From: Perna viridis
Lineage: Eukaryota
Direction of reading: 5' to 3'
Length of the DNA: 64,000 nt
Assembly (NCBI GenBank): GCA_037379345.1
Contig: CM074511.1
Coordinates: forward strand, 48,490,862 to 48,554,861
Below are positions 39,819 to 52,402 of this stretch, piece by piece. Every line of letters begins with the position of its first letter. The first letter of the stretch is position 1. A program made the position numbers and the translations under genes. The notes below the pieces were generated by a model. That model was given only the letters and a program-made list of their open reading frames with translations, had not been told where the DNA came from and ran no database searches.

Positions 39819-39836
39819 TGGTGCCGTGACAAGGAT
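39819..39836 (+). other. Primer binding site for tRNA-His
   Basis: TGGTGCCGTGACAAGGAT immediately after the 5' LTR, complementary to the tRNA-His 3' end. Confidence 0.85.
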
Positions 39837-42442
39837 GACATCCGAGCTACGCGCAGGTCACAGGGGTGTTGTTTCAAGATTTTTGAACAAGTTCAAGGAA
39901 GTCCGTGATGATGAAAATGTAACAGTGAATACTCAGGGACTAACGAGGGTCATCAATAATCTTGTGAAGAAGCAGGAGACTTTACAAACATTAGATCAAG
40001 AAATTATACAGAATTCAGAAGGAGCGGACATAGAGAGAGAAATCGTTCAGATATGTATGCTTACATGTTAGATGAGAAAATTAGCGAAATTCAAAATCAC
40101 ATAATTGTCAATATTTCCTTGCTAAACACAAAAGCAGTAGAGTTCATAACTTCAATAGAGTCATCGTCGGAACCATCCCAGCCGCCCATCCAAAATCAGA
40201 CCGCATTAGCTCAAGCAACAAACGCCCCGCAGCCCACACAAGTTCGACAAGCAAATTTTCAGCCCGCGAGTCCTCAGTACGTTCATAATCAACACAGCTA
40301 TACTCAGTCCGAGACAGAAACGCACTACAATACATGTAATTCTAACTTCCGTGAGCCAGAATAATCACAAACACGAAGTTTTTACCCGAGTTCATGAATA
40401 CAACAAGTTGCCCAAATACACATTCGAGGTTTAGAAGCATTAGGACAAAGAGAGGAGACATACGGAGCGTTTCTTTTACCTATCATTCTCAACAAACTAC
40501 CAGGTGAAATCCGTAGAAATATTGCTAGACAGTATAAATCGACAGACTTAGATTTGAGTGAGTTACGTCGTGCAATTTTTTGACTAACTGTACATCATAG
40601 ATGCAGGGAAGATGTTCGAACAAAGTGAGCCGTCTACAGCAACAGCTGCCTTTCTGACTAGCACTAAATCGAGACCACGCACCGACTATAAGCACGTAGA
40701 AAGAAGTAACAACAGCAGAACTTTTGTGACTTCAAACATAAACTTGGTTGTACATAATGCAAAGAACCACACTCGTCTACAAACTGTACAAAAGTTACAG
40801 ATCATGATGCCCGGATGTCAATCGTGAAAAGAGATCGCCTATGCTTTAACTACTTAGGAAACCACAGTTTAGTCAAATGCCAATCCTAAAAAAATTGTAC
40901 TGAATGCAAGAAACGTCATCACACCAGTATTTGCAAAGAAAATTCACAAACACAGGAGCCTTCTAAGACAACAGTGGAAGTTAACGTAGGAACAATACAA
41001 CACAACGCGAAGGGATCGGACAGTATCCTAGCTACACTCACAACCATCAGGACGTGTTATGTTGAAGACAGCAGTAAACCTAGTAAGTGCAGGACATGAC
41101 ATTATTGAAGCAAATATATTATTTGATGGAGAGACACAGCGATCATTTGTCACCCAAGAACTAGCAGATAAACTGAAACTCAAACCCAGTGGAACCGAGA
41201 GTATCAACTTATCAGGATTCGGAGATAACGGAAAAAGCACGAAATTTCGACATTTGAAAACCGGTGTGCTATATCTTATGACAAGAGAAGGAAAACTACT
41301 TATCCGAGTCTTGATCGCACCAGAAATCGCTACACCCATGAAAACTTTCGTCCGACAAGTCAAGCATCAACTGGTCGTATTTATCTGATTAAAACTAGCA
41401 CACCCAGTATCAGCCGATGAGAACTGAGATTTCTATCCTAATAGGAGCCGATTACTAATGGTCAATAGTAGAAAATCATATTATCAGAGGAGACGGACCA
41501 GTAGCAGTTCAATCCAAGATCGGATACTTGTTTTCCGGAATGCTTAATTCGCCCACTCACAGCATTGAGACATAGAGAACATCTGTGATGAATGTGGTGG
41601 TCGCCAGAAAATCTGAAGAAATCGATTTAGAGCGATTTTGGAAAATTTAATCGCTTCCTAACGCGAAAGATAGTATTGATTTTACAAATAAGGAAATTCA
41701 GAATCATCATACGTTACCGACAAACAAAGCTATTGCACAGCGAATGGCAGAAAAAGTATTAAAAAGACTGAGCAAGGAACCTAAATTATTTGAGAAATAT
41801 GGAGAAAGTATGACTGAGTAGGAGAAAAGAGGTTTTATAGAGAAGATTGATGCTACTAGTGGAAGCAAGGAGCCGACTAAAATACAATGCCTTACCTCAC
41901 TATGGGAACACCACAGGAAGACAGAAGTCCCCACACAGGACGCAAAAGTCGGCGATGTAGAGCAAATATACGACAACACACCTAGGACAATGTAGAATAT
42001 AGCTATCGTAATGAAAGTGATTCGTGGAGTAGATGGACTTTGTAGGTCTGCCATTTTACGCACTAAAAATGGTACGACATCAAGACCAATTAGCAAGTTA
42101 TATCCACTTGAACTCATATCGAATGTTGAAGATGAAACATCCAATAGTACAGGTCCAATTCTGAGCCGACGAGCAAAGTGCGATGCCAAGGAGAAAATCA
42201 AGAGATGGATTCAACCGAGATGCAAAACATAAGAACATTTTAAAATACGTTCATTTAGTGAGAATTATCTAAGTTTATTTAATGAGTTCACATACATTAA
42301 TTTAGTTCAGTTTTCACAATGCTAATTGTTATTCATTTACAGAGAGACAATTGTAAAGGTTAATATTTTCCTTTTCTATAATGTTTTTTTTTATATTCAA
42401 TTCATTTTTTCTATGTAATTTGTTTCATGAGCGCCCCCAGAA

Positions 42443-42602
42443 TGTCGGGGATTGTAGGCTACGCTTTTTGTACTTACTTCATGTCCTTGTGACGTTCATA
42501 ACGTTGCAGTATCAATACAAGTATGAAAGCATGAAAGCAGCCTGACGTTCTTTTTCATTTATACTCGAGTTTATAGTGTCCGATTCAAACCATTCTACGA
42601 TA
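42443..42602 (+). repeat. 3' LTR (160 bp)
   Basis: About 9 substitutions and 2 small indels versus the 5' LTR (manual count); preceded by gcgcccccagaa. Confidence 0.95.
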
Positions 42603-43200
42603 GCCGCTATACCTACCATGAGTAATGTGATACACATTGGAATATATAAAGGCAATTCCAGTAGATTAGGAACATTACTGATTGTAGAGGAGAAAATTTC
42701 TATGCTCAGAAAAATCGCATACTCGTTGATGGGTGTCGGTTAAATGGCCACATTGACTGAAGCCAAACTAGCTTATCGTCAACTGGCAGTAAACGATAGA
42801 GACTCAAACAGTTTGTTTAACCACTTCCAAGAGATTTTGCAGTTTGTCTTTCTCAACAAATCCGATTGGTCTAATGGAAATGTACATAATACATGGATTA
42901 GTGTTGGAACAGACGGCAAGGGTATATCAAGAGCAATTCTGAAGGTCAAACTTCTATTTGGAGTATATAAACTTAAACAATAATGCAGCAAAATTCACTG
43001 GAACAAGTAGTACATGCGTGAGGATGATGAAGATATGGAAAATTTCATCTATAGATGCAAAACGCTTGTGTCCAGTCATGGGAAACGCTCCAGAGCTTTG
43101 CCATAAGTGACACTATTATCTACCTGTTCTTGACATCAACATCTCATTTCACCCGAATTGTTCTAAACTGTACAAACTTCTAAGTTATGAAAGGAGATAA
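42603..43200 (+). pseudogene. LINE ORF2 remnant, 3' part (continues 39316-39669)
   Basis: AAIPTMSNVIHIGI...RKIAYSLMGVG, AYRQLAV, RAILKVKLLFGVY, and a degenerate C-terminal Cys/His region. Confidence 0.75.
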
Positions 43201-44229
43201 TTTACAACACAAACTGGAATGTAATAGCAGTGGACTGTATTTTTCGCTTCACTCTCAACGAACCCATATACTAGCCGACTACTCATAGGACATGACAAGG
43301 GACACTAAGCAATCTTTACCATTATCTCTGAATTAATTATTTTAGACCCGTAATACCGATAGGAATGTGCACCTAGATCTCTAGGATACTAGGAACCATT
43401 TCCGTTCCCCAATATCGGGCCAGCAAGCAAGAACATGCATATGCATTACCACCTGTGAGTCCACTACGGTATATACCGGTACTTTACTGAATCATAACTG
43501 CGCGTTCTGGGAGTAAGCCCGCATTTTCCCTATGGCTATGCCCCACGGAACAGTATTCAGTAATTCAAAATCAAATCACCAACATTGATGGTATGCCTTA
43601 CCACTCTCAAACGCGTTGTAAATCATTCTTGGCAAGTATAATTTTTGGGATCGACATATTTTAAATGTACCGGTTGTCGGCATTTCGGGTTTTCAACAAT
43701 CTTCCAAGACACCTAACAAATATATTGAGTTGCCATGGATGTGCTATACTTCATCACGTGATATTAAAAAAATTGTCTCCCTTTACAAGGGAAATAACTC
43801 TTGTGCTAGGGTTCCATTTATGGCCTAGGGGCACTGACCCGAGGCACTGATATAATATATGAAGGGGTTGGGGAGGCAAAGGGCCATTGGCCATTTGCCG
43901 CTTCTAATAGAAAATGGCCACTTATTTATATGAGTTGTTCATAAATGAACCCACCAAAATTAGAAAGATATCTTTTAGTACTGCGGACAGGTATCAAAAA
44001 GTGCTTTAGTTTTCGAGTTTAATGGACCTAGAGGGTAGGCATATGGCTACATCATTTGTCAATGAAAAGATAAATCAATGTAGTTTATCTAATATCGTAC
44101 TTTACTTATCAAAGTAAAAAACGTTTAAGTTTTCTGCTATTTTGCAGTGATTAGAGAAGGGGTCAAAGATCAATCGACCCCAATACACTTTGATAAGTAA
44201 TTTAAGTGAAATCGTTTATTGTAGGTATT

Positions 44230-44360
44230 GGGAAACTGGTAACATGTAAAGATCACATGTACAGAATTTCAAAAATATAAAAAAATAACGTTTTCCCACA
44301 AAAGTTGACAATTTAATCGCAACAAAATTGTCTCTAAAAATTGTAGCATTTTAGTGCAAT
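44230..44360 (+). repeat. Dispersed repeat fragment; second copy at ~47888-48020
   Basis: gggaaac..gtaac.tgtaaaga.cac.tgta...caaaagtt...gcattttagtgca at both sites. Confidence 0.75.
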
Positions 44361-45166
44361 AATTAAGAGATAACGAGGCACCGTCATGCGTAAAATATTG
44401 CAATGTGTATCTAAATATTTTGTACGGAATAAGAAATAAAATAAACACAACGTTCTCGATTCGATCTGCAACATGAGCTTTGCAAAATGAGTTTGAAGTT
44501 GCAATTTTTCACATATTTTAACAACTAATTATATTAAAATTGTAAGTTACGAAATCAATTCCCAAACAACCTGTTCTGTTTCCGAACTACTGCTACAACA
44601 GAAAAGCCTAAATATTATCCAAAGTAACTTATTTTTTGACATGATCAATATTCTAAGTGCTTTTAAGCAGATGGATAAAAGTTTGTCATATTTTTTTTTC
44701 TGTGATTCAATAACTCAGCGCGCAATAACGTTCGTTTTGAGGAAATTGGAACGAAGAGCAGAATACCCATTGTAAAGACAAACCATCAAAAATACAAAAA
44801 ATAGTCATAAGAATAACAGATATAAATATATAAATTTAAAGAATTAATGAACAGCCCAGGCTTAATAAAGAAAAACGGGGGTTCGGATCAGGTTCTTCGG
44901 TAAGATATTAATTTTAACGTCCTTTCTCGGTTTTTCCTCAAACGCTCGTAGATGTTCTTACATAAATTATGTCATTCCGGATTTAAATGTAGGAGAGAAA
45001 CTCCGTCATTGCTTAAAGTAATCTAGTATGTGACTGTAAAAAAGAACGTTACCAAGATTTTTTTGTAAATTGGTTATTTCAAATAAAATCGGCCTTTGCT
45101 ATCATATAAACCGATCAAAAGTTTCCAAGTTATGTGTTGCTTATTTCCGATTCCTAGCTTTTACAG

Positions 45167-45253
45167 CCTCTTCGCTACTCAAGGCTTACGGTCCTGTACC
45201 TCCCATTATGTGAAGGGAAGGGACAAGACCGTAACCCTTGGGTAGCGAAGCTG
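45167..45253. mobile_element. 87-bp hairpin mini-transposon with 9-bp TSD
   Basis: Arms ttcgctactcaaggcttacggtc and gaccgtaacccttgggtagcgaa; TSD cttttacag at 45158-45166 and 45254-45262. Confidence 0.85.
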
Positions 45254-45825
45254 CTTTTACAGTTGTGATAAATCCCAGATTCAGTTTAATTTTATTGGTA
45301 TTTAGATTATAACAAATCAGAATTCGAGAAGTGAACCATAAAGTGGCTCACTTATTCATTTTTTACGTGAAGCAGACAGACGTGATTGGCTAAATCATAA
45401 CATAAATCTTTTCTACCTTTTCAAAATATGATAACAGAAGTAACGATACCTTTTTATACTAATCAATTCAATGCACAAACCACTTACTACAACTGCTCTG
45501 TACATGTATGTTCAAAAAAAGTAAGTTTATGACAACTTCTAGACAATAAGTAGCAAATGATAGATTTGTATCCCCTGTTTATAAACGTCTTGATCAAAGT
45601 CCATCTCTTGATCCGCCCTAGCCTTGGACAATAATGTTTCCTCCAAACAAATATTCTTTGACAACTATCATGTTACCATTGTTTCCTATTCATACGGCTA
45701 CTAAAACTGGAGTCTTTTTGAGAGTTGAACAATTATAATGCGTCTGAACTCCTGTCTTCTTTTTGCGTTGGAATGTTTACAGGGAAGATGGTTTGTTTTT
45801 ATCAGCTTCTTTATTCCGTTCAGAG

Positions 45826-46005
45826 CAGCGACGGATCCAGAGAGAATGCAGGGAGTTGGTACCCGCCTTTTTATTGGAAAATTTGTCATTTTCATGTGTA
45901 AAATTGTCAAAAAAATGATAAATAATATACTAGCACACACACACACGCTTTTTCTGAGGAACCCCGGCCGGCATCCCTACTTTTCAAAGTGTGGTTCCGC
46001 CCCTG
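45826..46005. mobile_element. hAT-like MITE (CAG..CGGATCC / TCCGCCCCTG) with 5-bp TSD
   Basis: TSD cagag at 45821-45825 and 46006-46010. Confidence 0.7.
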
Positions 46006-46591
46006 CAGAGGATATTGAATTACATGCATCAGCCTGGCACACATTGGAACATCATAAGACATAAATATTGTAACACACATGCACATGCTTCCATACCAAG
46101 TTCATAGTTTATGTATGGTCAAATTTATTACGAAGTCCAGCCTTGTCATGAACCCCCGAGTCACATTATTTTGTTTGTTTGAGAATCCCTGATTCATGGT
46201 TAAATCTTTAACGGTTTATTTGAAGTCTGCAAATAAAGACAACGCAAAAAAATATATTTGATTTTGTATGTACAAGAATAAATCTCAAAACCTTAAGTCT
46301 TTTAGTCAAAACATAAGGTGGACTCGATGCTTTACATGTGCCTCTGTTCATACATCCTCCCAAGTCAGGGTTTTGAGTCCACCCTCGCTCCCTCAAACCC
46401 CTGACATCACTCATTCGTATTTAGCGGGTATCGCCCAGCCAATTCCGATTGATGGCTTCTCCGGGTGCAAAGCACCATGCAATGAAATTGATTTGACATA
46501 AAATGTTCGTGGAAAGATAAACAATGATACGAGTAACTGATAGTTGGAAGATGTCACAAATGATTCAATATGACCAAAAAATGATAACTGT

Positions 46592-47450
46592 GGTCTCACT
46601 AACCACTTCCGGGTCAAATGGCCACCCCCTTATGTAGTACCAAAAATACACTGAACCTATACATATGCATTGTAAGTGCATTATTTGTGTGTGTTATGAT
46701 TAAAAGTAGTCAAAATAAAGCTGAGAATGTGTACTTTCAAATCACATATGTAATTAAGTAGCTGTTTTTGTAAGAATCATGCAAAATCTGAAAAATGTGA
46801 TACACCCCAAAAAGGCTACATATTTTTATTTTTGTACTGAAGTTGTTTTATGGGTCTACACTATGAAATAAGTAATTATTCATTCAAATCTGCCTGCTCT
46901 TAGGAGATAATGAACATTGAAAATCCAGTAGATTCTATTGTATTTGAGCGTCATTTACAGAGTTATCTCCCTTAATTTTGAAATCTACGATGCATTCTAT
47001 ATGATTTTTGTCTCCTAAGAGCACGGGTTATATGAAAAACCACATGTTATTTTCTGTTTACTATGACATTTCAAACAAAATATCAAAAATAAAAACATGT
47101 AGGCTTTTTACCCATGAATCACATTTTGCATGATTCTTATCTGGAGTGCTACTTAACTACAAAAGTGTATGAATATTGTTTACATGTGTGAGTAATTTGC
47201 CTCCATGCTGTCAGTTAGCAGAACATGTAAAAATGTGAATTTTCAGTATTATTTATTCAAGTAAATTTTGTGAAGAATTTCTACAATCATCGTACCATTA
47301 GCATAATGATTTTGGAAGCCTTATTTTCTAAGTTTTGCAACGGTATGCAACTTTAAGATGTCATTTGTCCTGAGAATTCACAGTGAAACTTTGAAAATTA
47401 CTTTTTTAACATGTAAAGTAGTGGAAACGTTAGAAGTGGTTAGTGAGACC
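46592..47450. mobile_element. MITE with TIR GGTCTCACTAACCACTTC and 3-bp TSD TGT; middle layer
   Basis: Perfect 18-bp TIRs; paralogue at 337-785. Confidence 0.9.
46758..47152. mobile_element. TTAA-flanked, near-palindromic (Kolobok-like) element; inner layer
   Basis: ttaa|gtagc...gctac|ttaa with long internal inverted repeats; absent from the 337-785 copy. Confidence 0.85.
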
Positions 47451-47580
47451 TGTAGATTCTATTTAGAGTCTTTACTGGGAAAAAAATGACGTCATGTTCA
47501 GCCACTTTGTAAGTTATATCGAAGAGTTTCTATTACGAGTGATTTGATTGGATTTTGGATCCGGGTTAAATTTAGGTAAC

Positions 47581-47596
47581 TCACCAGATGGCGCTG
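47581..47596 (+). promoter_or_regulatory. CTCF-like motif TCACCAGATGGCGCTG
   Basis: Close match to the CCASYAGRKGGCRS core; motif match only. Confidence 0.4.
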
Positions 47597-48749
47597 GACG
47601 ATACCCGCTAAATATGAATGAGTGATGTCAGGTGTTTTACTTTTAGGGAGCGAGAGTGGACTCAAAACCCTGACTTGGGAGGATGCTGTTCATAAAACGT
47701 CCCAGAAACTAGACATATTGTCTAGAAACGATTTCGTATTATACAATTTTAGTACAATTAATAGTTTTGTGAAAATTTGCAAAGCCCACGTTGTAGATCG
47801 AATCGAGAACGTTGTGTTTATTTTATTTGTTATTCAGTACAGAATATTTAGATATACATTTTTTTTAAATCGTTCATTGAAGATATCGGGAAACAAGTAA
47901 CCTGTAAAGAACACGTGTATAGATTTTTAGAAATACAAAAAAAAATAACCTTTTCCGACAAAAGTTAACTGTTTAATCACTGAACAAAAATGCCTTTAAA
48001 ATTGGTTGCATTTTAGTGCATTTTCAATGATTTTTTATAAATTACTTAGGAATTCTTCACGAAAAACTAGGGGCATGGACCAGGTGCAACGATAGGGTAA
48101 GCGTCCTCTACTTTTCAAGGAACACCCGTCGAGTTGCTCATAAAAAGTCAAGTCCGGGGTTGACGAAAGGGGAAAGGAAAACCATTACACGTTGGGAAAA
48201 AAATAGTTCAAATTTATATGCTTCGTTTACATCAGAAATCATCAATCCACAGTGACTTCATTTTCGGCGAACTGAGTTGCTAATTTTTTTCCTTTAGAGA
48301 TAAACATCCAAATTAGAATCATGTCCTACTGGACAAAAATTGTAACCGGCAAAGACAGCTAACTCGCTGTCCCCGTAATATTTAGATACACAATAAGAAA
48401 AAATAAGTGTTTTTTTTTCTCACCTATGCTATGGACATATTAAAATACAATGGCACTGATTAAATCATTAGTCAAACAAATTTATACAGACGTAGTAAGC
48501 AACACGAGGTTCAAGATAATACCAAATTTAAGCTCCCAATATAGAAAGTGCTACGTTGCAAAAGAAACCATCCAAATGGTGTGTGCTGTGTAATTGGTGA
48601 TAAAAGTGAGGGTAATAGTTCATGGTCGAATAGAAAGTTATTTTGAGAGTACATAACTAATTTTTTTTTTAATTTGACACTATTGTGAATCAAAAACAAC
48701 ATTTATAGCCGAGAAAACTGCGTACATTTATTATAGAACGTATGCTGAG

Positions 48750-50350
48750 ATAACCCCTCGTGCACCCCACTCATCAACCAAAATATGATTTTCAATTACC
48801 CATATACATTGTATTTCAAATTTACGAATCTTTTTGTCGCTAAAAAATAAACTGAAGCATTTTTGTGTTTTTTGGCTATGTTTTTATAATTCGTAGTGGC
48901 AAATTTTTTTTATGTTTTTTTTATCCATCGAACTTCTTTCTACAAAACGAAGTATAACACTGACATATATATATATGTACCATCATGTAGCCATAGGTCT
49001 CAGCTTTATAAAGGTACCAAGAAAGTTGCGGTAACACTTAGGGTTTTTGGTGTAAGATGAAAAAATATACCCTACCCCACCGAAAAATTGCTTAAACTGA
49101 CATATTTTTTTCAATATCAAAACCCCTAGACTATTTATGTTTCAGTAAAAAATGGCTTATTATTATTTTCTGTTTAGTTTTATCACAATTGATACTTCTG
49201 GGGTTATTTTAGAGAACTTTGCAGATTTTCGTAGTCAGAATTTATCAAAAAATGTAAAAATGGGATTTTCGATTTTTCCGTAAAAAGTCACACGAATTCA
49301 ACTTATCGCTCAACTAAAACGTCTCAAATTTTGTATCGTACGATAGATAATTTAATTTTCTACGTCAAATAAACCCCGAAAAACTATTTCTTTTAGAAAT
49401 AATTTTCCAAAAAATTTTTTAAATAATACCCCTACCCCTAAAAAACTGGTTTCTCTCAAACAGAATTCTCATTCACAGCATATGTATACGTACTCCGTAA
49501 AACTCATAATCAAGGCATTCATAATTAAGATAATGATGTACCCAACATATCTGATTAATTCAGGTGCTTAAATTTCCTTTGTGGGGTTAAAATTACTGTA
49601 AAATCGTGAAAAGGGATATTGTCAGAATTTCAGAATTTCTTCTTTATCTCACGTTATTTCCTTTTTCAGAATATCGTAGTTTAAACGTGCATTTGTGTGA
49701 TATAGTACATTAATATAGTGCCTTAGCTTCCAAATAAATATTTGAACTCACCAAGTTCAATTAGGTTCTAAATTGCCACCCGTACCCATGAAAAAATACT
49801 TCAACATGAACTAAAATGTCAATTTTTGGCATATAAACGGTAAACGATAGACATGGGTGCCATTATCTAATTTATCGATTTATCAAACATCTTTTCATTT
49901 CAGGCTTGTATTTTTCAGTTTCAGTGTGACAATGAGTTTTTCATAAAAAGGGGAATTTTCGGAATTCATATTTTTTTTCCATTTTACCTATAATTTGCAT
50001 TTTTCTTTCAAATACTGTACTTCAAACAAGCTTTTGTATATTCAAATAAAGTTATACAGTTTGTTAGCTTTCTAATGAGCCCGAGTAATAAATATTTGAA
50101 AACTTTTCCAAGTCCAATTATAGATGTAAAATGGCCGCCACTACCCATGAACAGAAAACCTCAACATGAACCACTTTGAAACTAGAACTATTTTCACATC
50201 GGTAAGTAGCCAAATGGTTTGAAATAAAATATTTAAAAGTGTCCAAGTACTTACCGTAGCTCCAATAGGTAAAATATTTAAATTTGAAGTCTACAGCTGT
50301 CCATTACCCCCATCGGGCAGTAAACCAATCTGTCGGTTTAGAGTGTTACT
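48750..50350. mobile_element. Old repeat element with a degenerate ~360-bp internal periodicity
   Basis: taccc motifs at ~49071, 49432, 49782 and 50142; the last two share tacccatgaa...tcaacatgaac. Confidence 0.45.
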
Positions 50351-52402
50351 TTCATTTGCTCATTTAAAAAAACCAAGTCAAAGTCTGGAATATGAAAAAT
50401 TAAGGTCTAATGCTGCTATCCTGAAATACTTCAAACAATTACGGATACATCAGGATGATTTCGGGATTTTAGTTTGTGTAGAAGTTTGCCAAAAATAAGC
50501 AAAAAGAGATCTGAACCCCTTTCTTTATCGGAATCACTGCCCTATTTATGTAAATAGTTGGGTCCTCCTCAGCATGAAATGTGAAGACAGCTCTGTCGAG
50601 TGGAACTAAGCATTGCTCTTTATATTTTCCTATTTATGATTAATGACTATTTCTGATAGCATAAGGTTTCTCTTCCTATATAAATCATAGTACGGACTAA
50701 AAGGTTAAGAAAAAGGAAAGAAAAAGGTTTTGTATTAGCGTAATGTAACATGGAATTAAACTTGATATTTTAGAAATAACTGTTTGTTTGTTTGTTTGTT
50801 GGGGTTTAACGTCCGAGCAGCAAAGAAATAACTGTAAAGGGGACTTAAGTGTTTGCATTTGAACCTTAAAGGGGTATGCAAATGTAACTATTTTCCTGCT
50901 GTGGTGTATAAGAGATAGTTGCAGATGTTGACAGGCTTTACTAATCTAAAGGCTCTGCAGGCGACTGCTATATCAATTCTGGTCGTCGATCTAAATTGAT
51001 AAATCAAGGCACTCATGCACTGAATCAAATTACATCGGTTGTTGCATTTTTACTCCTCGAATAAGAAAATGAAAAGAATTTCAAACGTATCTAAACACAA
51101 GCTTGTTGTCGTAAATTGTTAACATCAAACTGTTTGATATAAATTCACCATTCTGATTACAAATAGCATTCTATTTATCTTTAACAGATGGCATCGTAGC
51201 AGTGCGTCAGTTTGTGTAATGTATAGGTTCATTGTTGGTTTACAAGAAACACCTAGATAAATGAACTACAATGCAAGTTGACCTTTTCCAGTTTCTAAAT
51301 TATCAAGTCGAAATTCAATTTAGCCAAAATCAAATCATTCAAACTTGAGCCACAATTGTTGAAATCAATCTTGTCCTTATACAGATGTACCTCTCATCTA
51401 GCTACAACTATTTCCCACTTGATAAGCTATATAGCTTAGATGCTTCAAATTGGGCAATAGACATCTATGTGTCCTGTATAATCTTTTAGTTTCTGTGAAC
51501 CTACATCTAGAGACACTTGCATAACACCGAAGTCTCGGTGACTTCATCAGTAAGGTCTGGTGAAAGTAACACTAGCCATGCGATTTTAAGTCCCTTGAAC
51601 ACAAACAGCACTATTATCGCATATAATCTTATATAATATTATATAATATTAATTTAAAAAAACACATGATCAGATAGCATATAGCAAAAAAAAAGAAAAA
51701 AAAAGAGAATGCTTATTACAAATAGCAATAACGCCAGATCGCAGACTGACACCATTCCTGGGAAAATTACATTATAAAAGTTAGTATGCCACCATTTTAG
51801 CAAAATTATATATTTTTTATTGATCATCTCCTTCCGATGTCAAGCGATAACTGTTCTAAAAAGATTGGTCCACAATTTATTTTCAACCTAGCTATCAGTT
51901 TTTAGTTCATTAGATCGGCGTTTTATTTTTTCGTTTTGCGTTCAAAGGATATACAAGATGAGAATGTGTTCTATTGCCATAAATAATAGAACGTACCCTT
52001 TCGGCATAACGGTGTAATGCAAGAAACAGCATTTAATAAAATGTTTTTTTTATTTAACGAAAGAGTGACAGACTGTCACCCTTTTATTTATAATTTTGTG
52101 AGAATAATTTGGCCAAAAATGAGTAAGTAATAGCTTGGAACTCACTTCCTCCTTTTTGTTGATATTTGGACCCATTTCCATCTGAACTATTTCGATTGAT
52201 ACTCAGCATCCCTCTTTACATTTTCCCTTCTATGACTGATAATTATATTTATAATCTTGTAGGAGGTTCCATTCTAGCTAAACATCAAATCGCTCGTTAT
52301 ACGTTTAACATTTGTAGACAACTTCAATATCAAAAGGAAACGACTGGTTATTTAGTTAAATGCATAGAAATGAACAAGTACTAATAAGAAAGTTAGAGGT
52401 CC

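Larger units (their letters stand above)
39670..42602 (+). mobile_element. Decayed, internally deleted BEL/Pao LTR retrotransposon
   Basis: Two LTRs and a tRNA-His PBS. Gag: RAGHRGVV, HIRGLEALG, ILNKLP and a Cys/His knuckle. Protease: ILFDGETQRSFV and LIGADY. Integrase tail: IRGVDGLCRSAILRT...RPISKLYPLE. Many stops. Confidence 0.93.
46353..47685. mobile_element. TIR element with ~90-bp TIRs (CATCCTCCCAAGTCAGGG) and 9-bp TSD; AcademH- or MULE-like; outer layer of the nest
   Basis: Perfect TSD ctgttcata at 46344-46352 and 47686-47694; 46353-46440 is the reverse complement of ~47592-47685. Confidence 0.9.

Noticed and set aside
41028-42201. Minus-strand ORFs of 111 and 164 aa
   Set aside because: Antisense shadows of the BEL pol sequence.
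47622-47900. ORF considered as the first exon of Nup153
   Set aside because: It starts inside a transposon TIR; the true Nup153 N-terminus is at 53640.
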